NCBI GenBank assembly: GCA_044371425.1 | Contig: JBILTR010000001.1 | Coordinates: 602,058-666,057 of the forward strand | Length of the DNA: 64,000 bases | Direction: 5' to 3' | Origin: Pirellulaceae bacterium | Lineage (GTDB): Bacteria; Planctomycetota; Planctomycetia; Pirellulales; Pirellulaceae | In this document: positions 38,294 through 50,700 of the stretch, in pieces | Numbering within the stretch: the first letter of the stretch is position 1 | Layout: each line of letters starts with the position of its first letter | Made by a program: the position numbers and the translations under genes | Notes under the pieces: generated by a model | Told to the model about the DNA's origin: nothing | The model's input: only the letters and a program-made list of their open reading frames with translations | Databases searched by the model: none

Positions 38294-41014
38294 ATGATTC
38301 GGATTGCGACTCGCATGTCTACTCGATACCTCTGGATGCGGCAGCTCCTTGCCGCTTCCTCGATCGGTTTGGCTCTTTCACCGCTCACCTCCGTCTGGGC
38401 CGAAGACGTCGATCCCACACGCTTTGAGAAAGTGGAGATCGCCACCAAGTTGGTGCAACCGATGGAGATGGCGATTGCCCCCGATGGATCGCTGTTCCTC
38501 ATCGAGCTGGCGGGGGATCTCAAACGCATCGATCCGAAGACGAGGAATGTGGAAGTCGTCGGCCACCTGGAGGTGACGACGCAGCAAGAGAATGGGCTGA
38601 TCGGCATTTGCCTGGATCCTGCCTTTTCAGAAAACGGCTGGATCTACCTGCAGTATTCGCCACCCGACTACAGCGGACAGTACATCAGCCGCTTTGACTT
38701 CCGCGACGGCAAGCTTGACCTCGCTTCCGAGAAGCGACTCTTTCAGTACGAAGAGCAGCGTCGGGAGTGCTGCCACCATGCGGGATCGATGGAGTTCGGT
38801 CCCGATGGATGCCTCTATATTGGAACGGGGGACAACACCAACCCATTCAACGACAGCCAGGGATTCGCACCGATCGATCAACGCCCGGGGCGCGAACCCT
38901 GGGACGCACAGCGCACCAGCGCCAACACCCGCAGTTACAACGGCAAGATCCTCCGGATTCGTCCGACCCCCGAAGGATCGTATGAAATCCCCGATGGCAA
39001 TCTCTTCCCGAAGGATGGCAGCGTCGGCCATCCCGAGATCTACGTGATGGGGTGCCGCAACCCCTGGCGATTGAACCTCGATCGACGCACCGGCTATCTC
39101 TACTGGGGCGATGTGGGACCCGACGCTGGGGGCGACGGGGAACGCGGGCCGCGTGGATACGACGAGGTCAATCAGGCGCGCCAGGCGGGCTTTTTTGGAT
39201 GGCCCTACTTCATCGGGCCCAATCGCCCCTACAGCATGGTCGACTTTGCGACCGGGGCTATCCACCCGCCACAGGATGCCGAGCAACCCGTCAATGCCTC
39301 GGTCAACAACACCGGGGCCCGACAACTGCCCCCGGCTCAGCCACCGCTGCTCTACTACCCCGCAGGCCCTATCGACGAATTCCCAGAAGTCGGAAGCGGC
39401 GGCCGCACCGCTTGCGCAGGGCCAGTCTACTACTTCGACGACTATCCCAACTCCCCCACCAAACTCCCCAGCGCCTACGACCGCACACTGTTCGCATTCG
39501 AATGGTCCCGCAACTGGATCCTCGCTGTCCACCTCGACCAAGACCATCGCATCGAACGTCTGGAGCGGTTTCTTCCGGAAGTCCCGTTCATCCGCCCGGT
39601 CGACCTTCAGTTCGATGCCAACGGATCGCTGTATGTCATCGAGTACGGTGAGACATGGGGCGTCAACGCCGACGCAAGGCTGGTGCGAATCGACTACCAA
39701 CGTGGCAACCGCACCCCAGTGGCGGTCTCCCGCGCCGAGAATCAGATCGGCCGCGAACCGCTCTCCGTCCGGCTCTCCGCCGAAGGCTCCAGCGACCGAG
39801 ATCAAGATCCGTTGACCTACCGCTGGTTCGCGGTGGCAACCGGTGACCCGAACAGTACCGCCCGAGTTCCTATCGGGCAGGGGGCTGAGATCGAGCATCT
39901 GTTCACGCAGCCTGGGACCTACTCGGTGATTCTCGAAGCGGCCGATCCACAGGGAGCCGTCGCCTCCACGTCGCTCCCTGTGGTCGTCGGCAACGCGGTC
40001 CCGAAAGTCTCTCTGCTGGAACCGGCCGATGGGGACTTCTATGAGCCGGGGCAGCCGATCGCCTTTCGCGTCCGTGTCGAAGATCCAGAAGATGGTTCGA
40101 ATGATTTCGAAGCGGTCGAGGCGGGCGATGCCGAAGCGATTGAAGGCAAGGCCCCCAGCCGCACGACGATCGAGCTGTTTCCGGAGACAACGGGACTGGC
40201 GGCCAACGAGCCACCGGGGCTGCAGGCGATCCGCAAAAGCGATTGCCTCAACTGCCATGCCATCGACCGAGCGCTTGTAGGCCCCCGGTTCCTCGATATC
40301 GCCGAAAAGTATCGAGACCAGGAAGGGGCTCTCGAGAAATCGATCCAGCGCGTCCGAGAAGGATCCACCGGCGTCTGGGGTAAGGTGGCGATGCTCCCTC
40401 ACGCCCAACTGACCGAACAGCAGGTCGATGAAATGGTCCGCTATATCTACCAGCTCAAGCCCGACGCCAGCCGCGTCTCGGCTCAAGGATTCCAGGGGAA
40501 CCTGAACGCCCCTGCTTCCGGGGCGCTGCTGCGGCTGCAGGCCACCTACACCGATCTGGGGCGAGAGGGAAACATCCCCCCTCTGTCCGGGACCGCCAGC
40601 GTTCTGCTGCGCGGCCGCAGGATTCAGGCCGAGTCGGCGGATGCGTTCGCCAAGACCCAGCCCCTTGCCTCCGAAAATGCCGAAGGGAAAAAATTCCTTG
40701 GTGCGATCGAAAATGGAGCGACCATCTTGTTGCGCGGGATCCCGTTGGAACGGGTGAGCGCTCTGCAGGTTCGCGTTGCCAGCGCGGGGGCTGGGGGTGC
40801 GATCGAGGTGCACCAGGACACCGCCGATGGCCCCTTGCTGGGTAAGATCGATGTCGCCGTCAATGGCCAGTGGGAAGTCTTCCGCGAGGAAAAAATTCCG
40901 CTCCAGCCCACCCAGGGTCGGCACGATTTGGTCCTCAAGTTCACCCATCCTTCCGCGGGTGGCGGACTGATGAATATCGATGCGATCGAGCTTTTGCCGC
41001 CGGCCACACCCTGA
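38294..41014 (+). CDS. Secreted PQQ-dependent glucose/sorbosone-dehydrogenase-like beta-propeller fused to PKD-like, cytochrome c (CxxCH) and C-terminal beta-sandwich domains.
   Basis: Signal peptide after MIRIATRMS; CLNCHAID heme-binding motif; GSDH-like propeller N-terminal half; 907 aa. Confidence 0.75.
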   Translation: MIRIATRMSTRYLWMRQLLAASSIGLALSPLTSVWAEDVDPTRFEKVEIATKLVQPMEMAIAPDGSLFLIELAGDLKRIDPKTRNVEVVGHLEVTTQQENGLIGICLDPAFSENGWIYLQYSPPDYSGQYISRFDFRDGKLDLASEKRLFQYEEQRRECCHHAGSMEFGPDGCLYIGTGDNTNPFNDSQGFAPIDQRPGREPWDAQRTSANTRSYNGKILRIRPTPEGSYEIPDGNLFPKDGSVGHPEIYVMGCRNPWRLNLDRRTGYLYWGDVGPDAGGDGERGPRGYDEVNQARQAGFFGWPYFIGPNRPYSMVDFATGAIHPPQDAEQPVNASVNNTGARQLPPAQPPLLYYPAGPIDEFPEVGSGGRTACAGPVYYFDDYPNSPTKLPSAYDRTLFAFEWSRNWILAVHLDQDHRIERLERFLPEVPFIRPVDLQFDANGSLYVIEYGETWGVNADARLVRIDYQRGNRTPVAVSRAENQIGREPLSVRLSAEGSSDRDQDPLTYRWFAVATGDPNSTARVPIGQGAEIEHLFTQPGTYSVILEAADPQGAVASTSLPVVVGNAVPKVSLLEPADGDFYEPGQPIAFRVRVEDPEDGSNDFEAVEAGDAEAIEGKAPSRTTIELFPETTGLAANEPPGLQAIRKSDCLNCHAIDRALVGPRFLDIAEKYRDQEGALEKSIQRVREGSTGVWGKVAMLPHAQLTEQQVDEMVRYIYQLKPDASRVSAQGFQGNLNAPASGALLRLQATYTDLGREGNIPPLSGTASVLLRGRRIQAESADAFAKTQPLASENAEGKKFLGAIENGATILLRGIPLERVSALQVRVASAGAGGAIEVHQDTADGPLLGKIDVAVNGQWEVFREEKIPLQPTQGRHDLVLKFTHPSAGGGLMNIDAIELLPPATP

Positions 41015-41251
41015 TGAATCATTTTTGATCTCCCCATCGAACCGGCTGCCTTGCCGTAGCCGGAAGAACCAACCCCTCGCTTCGCTGGGCAGTTCGCCTT
41101 GCCAAGCCGATGCATCCTTCCCTTTGGCTTCCTCAAGCACGCGATCGAAAGTCTCGCCGCGATGAACACCGACGCTCCCCTCCCCTTTCGGATCCGATGG
41201 TCCCCCTCGAACCGATCTTGGGCGATCCGCTCCAGGTCCATCCGATCTCGG

Positions 41252-44200
41252 ATGATCGTTTGCCTGGCGATCGCTGGTCTGGCGACCCTGCCAGCCCTGG
41301 CTGAAACCCCCCAGCCAGATTCCACGGTCGATTACCAGCGGCAGATCCGGCCGATTCTGGCGGAGCATTGTTGGCAGTGCCATGGTGTCGACGACAAGAC
41401 GCGCGAGGGGCAGCTGCGACTCGATCTACGCGATGCGGCTCTCCAAGGCGGCGACTCGGGAACCCCAGCGATCCGCCCGGGCGATGCGGCGCAAAGCGAG
41501 ATGCTGGTTCGCCTTCGCTCCGACGACCCCGATCTAAAAATGCCGCCACCGCATCTCCCCAAGCAGCCATCGGCGGACGAGATCGCGCTGCTGGAGCGTT
41601 GGATTGGCCAGGGTGCCCCTTACGCGCAGCATTGGGCCTTTACGCCTCCTGTCCAGCTGCCTCTGCCCAAGGCCGATGCGTCCCCGATCGACGCATGGAT
41701 CGATGCGCGGCATCAGGCGATGGGAATCACCCCGTCTCCCGCAGCGCCCTTGCACCAGCTGGCCCGCCGGCTGTATCTGGATCTCATCGGCCTACCCCCA
41801 TCGCCAGCGGAGCTAGAGGCGTTTGAGAAGGAGGGGCTGGAAGCGACGGTCGACAAGCTATTGGACAGTCCCCGTTACGGCGAAAAATGGGCCCGCCATT
41901 GGCTGGATGTCGCCCGCTACTCCGATACCAACGGCTACGAAAAAGATCTGCGGCGCGAGCAGTGGGCGTGGCGAGATTGGGTGATCGCCGCCATCCAGAA
42001 CGATATGCCATACGATCAGTTCGTCATCGAACAGATCGCTGGCGACCTCTTGCCCAACGCCACACAGGACCAAGTGATCGCCACCGGATTTCTCCGCAAC
42101 AGCATGATCAACGAGGAAGGAGCGATCGTACCTGAGCAGTTTCGCAAGGTGGAGATGTTCGATCGGCTCGACTGCATCGGCAAAGCGGTGCTGGGACTGA
42201 CCACCCAGTGCGCTCAGTGCCACACCCACAAGTTCGACCCGATCTCCCACGACGAATACTTTGGGATGTTCGCCTTCCTGAACAACACCTACGAAGCACA
42301 GTCCTGGGTCTATGCCCCCGACCGATTGCAGCAGCTGAACCAGGCCAGGGCAGCCGTCGATCAAGCGATGGAGTCGATTCGCAAGCAGCTTCCCGACGGC
42401 CAGGCGCGACTGGATCAATGGACCAGTCAGCTGGCAGCCTCCCGACCCAACTGGCGACCAGTGCAGGCGACGCTGCTGGAGACGATCAGCGGACTGAATC
42501 ACCCGACCCAAGAAGAGGACCTTTCGATTTTGATGCTGGGACATACCAGCAACGATGTCTTCCTGCTGGCAAGCCCTCCGGCAGGAACCATCACCGGGAT
42601 CCAGCTGGAACTTCTTCCTCATCGCGATCTCCCCTTCGGTGGCCCAGGCCGAAATGGGCAGGGGATGTGGAGCATTCAGGAGGTGGAGCTGTTGGTGAAG
42701 AAGCCGGGTGCCGAATGGGAGAAGCAGAAGTTGGTGGAGGCGACTGCGGATTTTTCGGAGCCTGAGCAGAAGTCGGGGGATGGAAAATCTGCCTCCGGTC
42801 CCGTCGCTTTCCTGATCGACGGCAAAGAGGAAACCCACTGGCAGGCCGATCGTGGCAAGGGGCGCCGCAACCAAGCGTCGGTGGCGGTGATGCAATTGGA
42901 GACATCGTGCGAGTTGCCGGAGGGATCGGAAATCAAGATCGTCTGGCGGATGCCGCAGATGGTCGGTTGTTGTCGCTGGAGTCTGACCGATCAGCCTAAA
43001 CCAGTCGCCCCGCCAGTCGATCACCAAGCGGTGCTGGCGGCATGGAAAGCGCCCGATGCCCGTAGCCAAGCCGACCGCGACGCTCTCTGGGATGCCTTCA
43101 GCCGCACCGTGCCGGAGTTGGCCGATTCGCGGAAGGGACTCGATGCCGCCTGGGCTCAGTGGCCCGACCCGACGACATCCGTACTGCACTTGGCCGAACG
43201 GGATCCTTCGCAAAAACGTCAGACCTATCTATTGGAGCGAGGGGAGTGGGACCGGCCGTTGCACGCGGTAGAGCCGCATGTGCCACAGGCGCTCCATCGC
43301 CTGGAGCTGGGGCCGGATCAGCCTCAGCGATTGGCGCTGGCCAAGTGGTTGGTCAGCCGCGATTCACCGCTGGCGGCCCGCGTGGCGGTCAATCGCATCT
43401 GGCAGTCGATCTTCGGAGAAGGGCTGGTGGAGACGTCGGAAGATTTCGGAACGCGAGCTCCCGTGCCCGAGTACCTGGAGTTGCTGGATCATCTAGCGGT
43501 CGACTTCCAAGAACATCAGTGGAGCCAAAAGCGATTGATTCGCCAAATCGTCTCAAGCCGCGCCTACCAACGCAGCTCTGCCAGTACCCCCGAACAGCGC
43601 GAAAAGGATCCTCGCAACCGCTATCTGACTCGCGGACCTCGATTCCGCGCCGATGCGGAAGTGGTGCGCGATATCGCGCTAGCAGCCAGTGGCCTCATGC
43701 ATCATCAGATCGGCGGACCGCCTGTGATCCCACCGGTCCCGCAGAATGTGCTCGACTACAACTACACCTATCCAGGCTATTGGACCGCCGCGCAGGGCCC
43801 CGACCGGTACCGGCGCACTGTCTATGTCTTCCGCAAGCGATCGATGCCCGATCCGGCGCTGTCGACCTTGGATGCGCCCAATGGGGACTTCGCCTGCGCG
43901 CGGCGGATCCGATCGAACACGCCGCTGGCGGCGCTGACGAGTTTGAATGAGCCGATCTTTGTCGAAGCGGCTCGGGCGCTGGGCTTGCGAATCGTCCGAG
44001 AAGCTGGCAAAGACGACGCTCAGCGTGCTGCCTATGGCTATCTGCTGTGCACCGGTCGGAGGCCATCCCAGCAAGAGACGCAGCAGTTGCTGCGATTCAT
44101 CGCTCAGCAGCGACAGCGGATCGCCGACGGTTGGATCAATGCGCGCGAGGTGGCGACGGGGGAAAGCGGCAAGCTGCCGGAGATCCCCGAAGGCACGACG

Positions 44201-44275
44201 CCGCAAGATGTCGCCGCCTGGGCCCTGGCCGGACGCGTCCTGCTGAACCTCGATGAAACCATCACCAAGAACTGA
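41252..44275 (+). CDS. PSCyt1 / PSCyt2 (DUF1549) / PSD1 (DUF1553) family protein.
   Basis: Signal peptide [17 protein letters not shown]; CWQCHG motif; same domain order as 24284-27361; 1007 aa. Confidence 0.8.
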   Translation: MIVCLAIAGLATLPALAETPQPDSTVDYQRQIRPILAEHCWQCHGVDDKTREGQLRLDLRDAALQGGDSGTPAIRPGDAAQSEMLVRLRSDDPDLKMPPPHLPKQPSADEIALLERWIGQGAPYAQHWAFTPPVQLPLPKADASPIDAWIDARHQAMGITPSPAAPLHQLARRLYLDLIGLPPSPAELEAFEKEGLEATVDKLLDSPRYGEKWARHWLDVARYSDTNGYEKDLRREQWAWRDWVIAAIQNDMPYDQFVIEQIAGDLLPNATQDQVIATGFLRNSMINEEGAIVPEQFRKVEMFDRLDCIGKAVLGLTTQCAQCHTHKFDPISHDEYFGMFAFLNNTYEAQSWVYAPDRLQQLNQARAAVDQAMESIRKQLPDGQARLDQWTSQLAASRPNWRPVQATLLETISGLNHPTQEEDLSILMLGHTSNDVFLLASPPAGTITGIQLELLPHRDLPFGGPGRNGQGMWSIQEVELLVKKPGAEWEKQKLVEATADFSEPEQKSGDGKSASGPVAFLIDGKEETHWQADRGKGRRNQASVAVMQLETSCELPEGSEIKIVWRMPQMVGCCRWSLTDQPKPVAPPVDHQAVLAAWKAPDARSQADRDALWDAFSRTVPELADSRKGLDAAWAQWPDPTTSVLHLAERDPSQKRQTYLLERGEWDRPLHAVEPHVPQALHRLELGPDQPQRLALAKWLVSRDSPLAARVAVNRIWQSIFGEGLVETSEDFGTRAPVPEYLELLDHLAVDFQEHQWSQKRLIRQIVSSRAYQRSSASTPEQREKDPRNRYLTRGPRFRADAEVVRDIALAASGLMHHQIGGPPVIPPVPQNVLDYNYTYPGYWTAAQGPDRYRRTVYVFRKRSMPDPALSTLDAPNGDFACARRIRSNTPLAALTSLNEPIFVEAARALGLRIVREAGKDDAQRAAYGYLLCTGRRPSQQETQQLLRFIAQQRQRIADGWINAREVATGESGKLPEIPEGTTPQDVAAWALAGRVLLNLDETITKN

Positions 44276-44297
44276 CTTTCGCCTGAGGCAACTGAAG

Positions 44298-45731
44298 ATG
44301 AATCCGATGCAGAATCTGTCCGATCTGGCTGTGGCTCAGATGAAGCGACGTTGGTTCCTCGCGCAGTGCGGCGTCGGCCTAGGTGGCCTGGCCGCGCGAA
44401 GTCTCCTAGCCGATGATGGGGCCAGCAGCGCGGCAATGGAGGATCTTCCGATGCCTCCCAAGCCTTCGCATTATGAAGCGAAGGCCAAGCGAGTGATCTT
44501 CCTGTTCCAGGCGGGCGCACCCAGTCACCTGGAGCTGTTTGATCCGAAGCCCGAGCTGACCAAGAGGAACGGCCAGTTGCCGCCGCCTGAACTGCTGGAG
44601 GGCTATCGAGCCGCGTTCATCAACCCCAAGTCGGCGCTGCTGGGGCCGAAGTTCGCCTTCGCCAAGCATGGGCAGTGCGGGATGGAATTGAGCGAAGTGC
44701 TGCCGCACACGGCGAAGATCGCTGATGACATCTGCCTGATTCGATCGATGCAGACCGATGCGGTCAATCATGCGCCGGGTCAGATTCTGATGAATACCGG
44801 TTCGCAGCAGTTCGGTCGTCCCAGCTTCGGATCGTGGACCATCTACGGTTTGGGGAGCGAAGCACGCGATCTGCCCGGCTTCGTGGTGCTGACCAGCGCC
44901 AAGGGAACCAGCGGTGGGGCCAGCAACTACGGGGCAGGGTTTCTACCGACGATGTACGGCGGCGTGCCGCTGCGCAGCAAGGGAGATGCCATGCTCTATC
45001 TGACCAACCCTGCAGGGGTCGACCGCCAAGCCCAGAGGGAAGCACTCGATGCCCTCCAGTCGCTCAATCAATCCAGCCTGGAATCCTTCGCCGATCCAGA
45101 AACAGCGACGCGCATTCAAAGCTACGAGATGGCGTATCGATTGCAGACCAGCGCGCCCGAGCTGATGGATTTGCGAGGGGAGTCGCCCGAGACATTGCAG
45201 AAGTATGGAATCAAGGACCCCAACGAATCCAGTTTTGCAAGGAATTGCCTGCTAGCTAGACGTCTAGCAGAACGCGGGGTTCGGTTCGTGCAGCTGTTTC
45301 ATGAGGTGTGGGATCAGCATGGAAATCTGGCTGGTGGCGTGAAGGCCAATGCTGGGGACACCGATCAGCCGAGCGCAGCGCTGGTCCAGGATCTGAAGGA
45401 TCGCGGCATGCTCAAGGATACCCTGGTGATCTGGGGTGGCGAGTTTGGCCGCACACCGATGGTTCAGGGAGGCAATGATGGTCGCGACCATCACAATCGA
45501 TGCTTCAGCATGTGGGTGGCTGGTGGCGGGATCAAGGGTGGCACGGTTTGGGGAACGACCGACGACTTTGGATTCAACGTCGTCGAGAATCCGGTGCACG
45601 TGCACGACCTCAATGCGACGCTGCTACATCTGCTGGGGATGGATCACTTGCGATTGACCTATCGCTTCCAGGGGCGCGATTATCGACTCACCGATATTCA
45701 CGGCAACATCATCCAGGGGATTCTCGCCTGA
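44298..45731 (+). CDS. DUF1501 family protein (sulfatase-like, Tat signal), the canonical partner of DUF1549/DUF1553 proteins.
   Basis: Tat motif [18 protein letters not shown]; the start is embedded in the 3' end of the upstream gene. Confidence 0.8.
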   Translation: MNPMQNLSDLAVAQMKRRWFLAQCGVGLGGLAARSLLADDGASSAAMEDLPMPPKPSHYEAKAKRVIFLFQAGAPSHLELFDPKPELTKRNGQLPPPELLEGYRAAFINPKSALLGPKFAFAKHGQCGMELSEVLPHTAKIADDICLIRSMQTDAVNHAPGQILMNTGSQQFGRPSFGSWTIYGLGSEARDLPGFVVLTSAKGTSGGASNYGAGFLPTMYGGVPLRSKGDAMLYLTNPAGVDRQAQREALDALQSLNQSSLESFADPETATRIQSYEMAYRLQTSAPELMDLRGESPETLQKYGIKDPNESSFARNCLLARRLAERGVRFVQLFHEVWDQHGNLAGGVKANAGDTDQPSAALVQDLKDRGMLKDTLVIWGGEFGRTPMVQGGNDGRDHHNRCFSMWVAGGGIKGGTVWGTTDDFGFNVVENPVHVHDLNATLLHLLGMDHLRLTYRFQGRDYRLTDIHGNIIQGILA

Positions 45732-45893
45732 TGGTTTTCGTTCGCCATTCGCCCCTCACTCCCTGCCTCTCTCCCCGCGCCAGCGGGGCGCGGGCAGACG
45801 AGGTGGTCGATGTGCGGAAGCAAGAGACTCTGCTCTGAAGCTGCCCCCTCTCCCCCCGGGCAAAGCCGAGGGGATCAGCAAACAGTTCTTACC

Positions 45894-47645
45894 TCAGGGC
45901 GCTAGCGCTTCGATCGCCTGCTTCCTTGCCGCTTCGAATTCATCCCCAGGCTTCCAAGTGGGGAGGCCGTCGGCTTCCGCGATCGCCATGGTCGCTAAGA
46001 ACAGCAGCTTTGCATCCTGCACCGCACCGCTCAAATCCCAGTCCTCACGGAATTCATCAGAGGGCTGATGGTAATGTTTCTCCACCCACTGCTCGATCTG
46101 CTGACGCCCCCAACCTTCGGGTTTCCCTTCCACCTCCTGACCCGCATGGAGATAGATCGCCGGCACCCCCAGCTTGGCTAGGCTGAATTGATCGGATCGA
46201 TAGTAGTAACCCCGATCGGGATGCAGGTCGGGTACCACGACGCGCCCCTGCCACTTGGCGATGGATTCCAGCACTTGATCCAGACTGCTTTTTCCTTGAC
46301 CAATCACATTGACATCGCGCGTCTTTCCGAGGAATCCGATCCCGTCGATATTCACCAGCCCGGCCATCCTGCCCGGCGCGATTGGCGGATTCTGAGCGAA
46401 GTACTTCGATCCTAAGAGTCCCTGTTCTTCCGCCGCCACGGAGGCAAATAGAATCGATCGCCGCGGCGCGGTGGGAAGCGCCTCCATGGCCGCCGCCAGG
46501 CACAGCATCGATGCGACGCCCGATGCATTGTCGATCGCGCCGTTGTAGATATCGTCCCCATCGGCATTGCGCGCCTCGGCCCTCCCCAGATGATCATGAT
46601 GCGCCATCACGATCACACACTGGTCGCGCAAGTTGGGGTCGCTCCCCTCCAGCCAGCCAAGCACGTTGGCGGAGTCTTGCGTGCGAGCCACGGATTCCAG
46701 ACGAAACCCACAGGTGACTCCCAGAGGCACCGGTTGGAAGTCGCTTCTCTGAGCCGCTGCAAGAAGGTCGGACCACTTCCTGCCCGCCAATCCGCTCACC
46801 TTCCCAATCGCCTCCTCGGTGATCCATCCTTTGAATCGGGTCCGCGGCGAACGATCATCCCGCAGTTCAAACTCCTCCCCCGACCAGGAATTTTGCACCA
46901 CGGAGTAGGGATAGCCGGCCGATTCGGTGGTGTGAACGATCAACGCACCGGCGGCTCCCATCTTGGCGGCCATCTCGTACTTGTAATCCCAGCGGCCATA
47001 ATAAAGCCGCTTCTTTCCTTCAAAGAGCGCCCGGTCGTCGGCTGGGTCATTGTTCAGCATGACCAGAATCTTGCCGCGAACCTCTTTTCCTTTGTAATCA
47101 TCCCACTGGTACTCGGGCGCCTGGATTCCATAGCCCACAAACACCAGTTCGGCCGGCGCCACATCGATCGCTTCTTCCGGCACTCCACACACCAGCATCA
47201 AGTCGTCGCGATGCCGCAAAGAAAGCGTCTCACTAGGAGTGCGAAAGAGCACTTCCTTCGGTGGCTTGGTGGCGATGCCTCGCAGCGGGACAGGCTGTTC
47301 CCAGCCCAGATTTCCCAGCGGTCGCATCCCATGGCTTTCCAGCTGACTGGCGATGTAACGCCGCGCCAAAAGATCTCCTTGCGAACCGGGCCCACGCCCC
47401 TCCAGAAGGTCGTCGGCAAGGAAGCGCAGATGGCCCGCCAGCCGCCCTTCATGGATCGCCTGTTCGGCAGCATCGACCTGTTGCTTGGGAGGCGCCTGGG
47501 CCGCTGCGGAACCGCAGACCATACCGCTCAGCAGCAACCCCCGCAGCCACCAGCATCGCGCTGGAAACCGAGTCGCCAGTTCCGTCCTTCGGGCACGATC
47601 ATTCCATCGCATCGCGTCACTCCTTGCTCGAAATCCTGTCGCCAT
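45894..47645 (-). CDS. M28 family metallopeptidase (aminopeptidase with PA domain).
   Basis: HHDHLG and NGAIDNASGVA zinc-ligand motifs; N-terminal signal peptide. Confidence 0.8.
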   Translation of the reverse strand: MATGFRARSDAMRWNDRARRTELATRFPARCWWLRGLLLSGMVCGSAAAQAPPKQQVDAAEQAIHEGRLAGHLRFLADDLLEGRGPGSQGDLLARRYIASQLESHGMRPLGNLGWEQPVPLRGIATKPPKEVLFRTPSETLSLRHRDDLMLVCGVPEEAIDVAPAELVFVGYGIQAPEYQWDDYKGKEVRGKILVMLNNDPADDRALFEGKKRLYYGRWDYKYEMAAKMGAAGALIVHTTESAGYPYSVVQNSWSGEEFELRDDRSPRTRFKGWITEEAIGKVSGLAGRKWSDLLAAAQRSDFQPVPLGVTCGFRLESVARTQDSANVLGWLEGSDPNLRDQCVIVMAHHDHLGRAEARNADGDDIYNGAIDNASGVASMLCLAAAMEALPTAPRRSILFASVAAEEQGLLGSKYFAQNPPIAPGRMAGLVNIDGIGFLGKTRDVNVIGQGKSSLDQVLESIAKWQGRVVVPDLHPDRGYYYRSDQFSLAKLGVPAIYLHAGQEVEGKPEGWGRQQIEQWVEKHYHQPSDEFREDWDLSGAVQDAKLLFLATMAIAEADGLPTWKPGDEFEAARKQAIEALAP

Positions 47646-47713
47646 CGGCCCGCCTTCAGTGCGGGCAAGTCTGCATCATAGCCGATCGCTGGAAATGCTG
47701 CCCGCGGATCGGT

Positions 47714-50700
47714 CTACGAAGAGAGCGATCCGAGATGCTTCAGGAAAAGCGATCGAAGGCGCTGTCGCGTGGCATGGCAACGATCGAGCAGTTGCTGGCC
47801 GGTGGGCTGGTCCAGCAGGAAGGCGAGGCGGTCTAGCTGCCGCGAGTCGCTGGGCAAATCATGCCGTGCAACGGTGTTCATCAGCCTTAGGCCGCTTTCC
47901 ACCCGTCGCAGCCAAGCATACCCTTCGGCTAGCTGTTGGCAGTCGTCGCTGGGCAACAGCCCCTCCCGCGCGATCTCACGCAGCGCAGCAAGCGTCCCGG
48001 TGGCTCGAAGCGAGGGCGCCGACTTGCCATGCTTCAGCTGCATCCACTGGACCAGGAACTCGACGTCGACAGTCCCTCCCTCTCCCCGCTTGAGATTCTC
48101 AAGGCTAGCTCCCGACTGCATCTTCTCGCGCATCGCTACCAGTTGACCTGCATCGGCGGGGTCGACCCGCGTGGAATCGAGAATGCGGCAGATCGCCTCT
48201 TCGGCTCTGCGACGCCCCGTCGGGTTGCCCCAGACGACGCGCGCCTTGCAGAGCATCAATCGTTCCCAAAGCTGTGCACTCGATTGGAAGTAGGTTTCCA
48301 GATCATGCAGGCTGAGCGCCAGGGGGCCGCTGTCGCCATGAGGCCGCAACCGCACATCCAGATCGTAGAGTTTGCCCCCCGCTGCGATTCGATTGACCCC
48401 CTGCAGAATCGACTGAGCCAGATGATGGAAGTCCGAGTGGGCTTCCGGCGTTTCCCCTGTCTCCGATAGCTGCTGGGGGTCGTAGAGGAAAAGGAGATCC
48501 AGGTCGCTATGGTAGTTCGGTTCCTGTCCCCCCAACTTGCCCAGCGCCACCAGCACCAGCGGGACTTCCTTGGCATCCTGGCCCAGCCGACTAGCACTTC
48601 CTTCCTCCAAAAATGAGTCGATCGTTCTCCCCACCACCAGTTCCAAACAGACTTCGGCGACATCGGAGAGACATCGATGAGTCGCTTCCATCGAATCCTT
48701 GCCCAGCAGATCGCGGACGCCGATCCTCAAGTGCGCCGCCCGCTTGAACCCCTGCAGGATCGGTTCGATGCGCGTGGCCCCTTGGCTTAGTTGCCTCAAT
48801 TCCTCCCGCAACGATTCGATCGACGGCAGATCGCCAAGCATCAGCGAGTCCATGAGATCGTCGATCATCCCGGGGTGGCTGGCCAGCATCTCCTCTAGGT
48901 ACTCGCTGCAGGCGCCGATGCGAATGCATAGCCGCAAGGTGGGTGGATGTTCGCTGAGCAGTTCCCAGAGGACGGCCTTGCCGCCGATGGAGTTGCTGAT
49001 GCGGACTAGGTTGACCAGCGTTCGGTCGGGGTCGGGCGTGGCGGCGATTTCGGTGAGCAATCGGTTGGCGATGGCGGAGAGAAAATGGCGACAGCGACTG
49101 GAGGAGAGGAACGGGACGGTTTCTCTGGCCAGCTCCTGCAGATGTTCAAAGGCCTGCAGCGGCTGGACCAGTCGATAAGGTGCCAGAACCGATGCGATTC
49201 GCTGTTCGGTGGGTGCTGGGTCCAGAAGAAGGTCGGTCTCCTGCGACACTTCCCCTTCTTCGCCGAAGGGTTCATGCAGCAGATGGTTCAGGATTCGGCG
49301 ATTCAGTTCCGTGCAGTCCGATAGCTGCGCTTGCAACTGCTGGGTGACCGACCGGGCGGGAAGCTGTTGGTCTCCCGGGAAGTCGCGATAGCCCAGTCGA
49401 ATCGCCAGACGTTTCATCTCCTCAGGAGATTCCGGAAGGGTATGGGTCTGCGCATCGAAGACGATCTGCAATGCATGCTCGACGCGGCGGAGGAATCGAT
49501 AATTCGTCTCCAGCAGCGATCGTTCTTGAGGAGTCAGGCAACCGGCGCGTTCCAGCTGAACAATCGCCAGCAGCGTGTTGCCTGTGGGGAGAGATTCCAA
49601 CTGGGAGGCGTGCAACAGTTGCAAGAATTGGATGACGAACTCGACATCCCGAATGCCTCCACGTCCTGTCTTGATATTGCGGCTGCCAGAGCGACCTTCG
49701 GCGTTGCTGCGTTCGATGTTTCGCTTGATCGCTCGGATGCCTGCGATATCCGCGCGGGTCAGATAGCTTCCCAAAATCCAGGGTCGGAGGCGTTCAAGGA
49801 ATTCGTCCCCAAGTTGTGTATCGCCCGCAACCGCTCGGGCCTTCAGCATCGCTTGGCGTTCCCAGGTGCGGCCCATCGTCTCGTAGTAATGCCATGCCGA
49901 TGGCAGGTCGATCACCAGTGGGCCGCTCTTCCCATAGGGTCTTAGTCGCAGATCGACGCGGTAGGCATGGTGCAACTGGTGGCTGTCTCCCAGCCATCGC
50001 GTGAAGCGTTTGGCCAGCTGATCGAAGAACAGCGTGTTCTCACAGACGCGGGGGCCTTCGGTGCAGCCCTCCAGATCTCCAAGGAACATCAGATCGATAT
50101 CGCTGGAGTAATTCAGTTCGCGGCCACCCAGTTTGCCCATCGCCAGCACGCACCAGCGAGCGGTCGATCCATCAGGACGCAGCGGCCGTCCGTATTGGGC
50201 TCGCGTTGCCTTCCACGCGGCGCGGTAGGCCGCTTCGCAGATCGCATCGGCAAGATCGGACAGTTGCTGAGCGACTAGATCGACCGGCATGCCGCCGACA
50301 AAGTCGTTGGAGGCGATCCGCACGGTCTCGCGATGCCGGTACGATCGCAGCGCCTGCAGGATCTGCGATTCGTCCTTGCACGCATCGACCTGGCAGCAGA
50401 TCTCATCGATCAGGATCTCTCGATCGACCGGTTGCAGACGGCTGCGGCGAATCGCATCGAACGCATCGGGGGATCGGATGAGCTGTTCGCTGAGATAGGG
50501 GCTGACAGAAAACATCTGCAGCAGCATCGGGAGCACATCGGGTTCGCGAGCGAAGAGGTCACCGATCGATCGCCCGGTGCGCGCCGTTCGAATGAATCGT
50601 TCTAGCGTCTCCAGCACCCCCTGCGGGTCGGTGGTGTGGGGCAGGCAGCTGCTGGCCTGATGAAGCATCTTCAGCAGCAGCGAGGGCGGGACGCCATCCT

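Noticed and set aside
38627-41383. 918-aa ORF on the minus strand
   Set aside because: It lies antisense to a well-supported plus-strand gene (signal peptide, GSDH propeller, CxxCH). The translation is Arg/Gly/Pro-rich low complexity typical of GC-rich shadow frames.
41858-43213. 451-aa minus-strand ORF
   Set aside because: Antisense shadow of the PSCyt/DUF1549/DUF1553 gene 41252-44275.
45732-45893. Intergenic GC-hairpin (cccgcgcc-agcgg-ggcgcggg) as an intrinsic terminator after the DUF1501 gene
   Set aside because: The stem is plausible but there is no U-tract. It is low-specificity in a GC-rich genome and was not listed as a feature.
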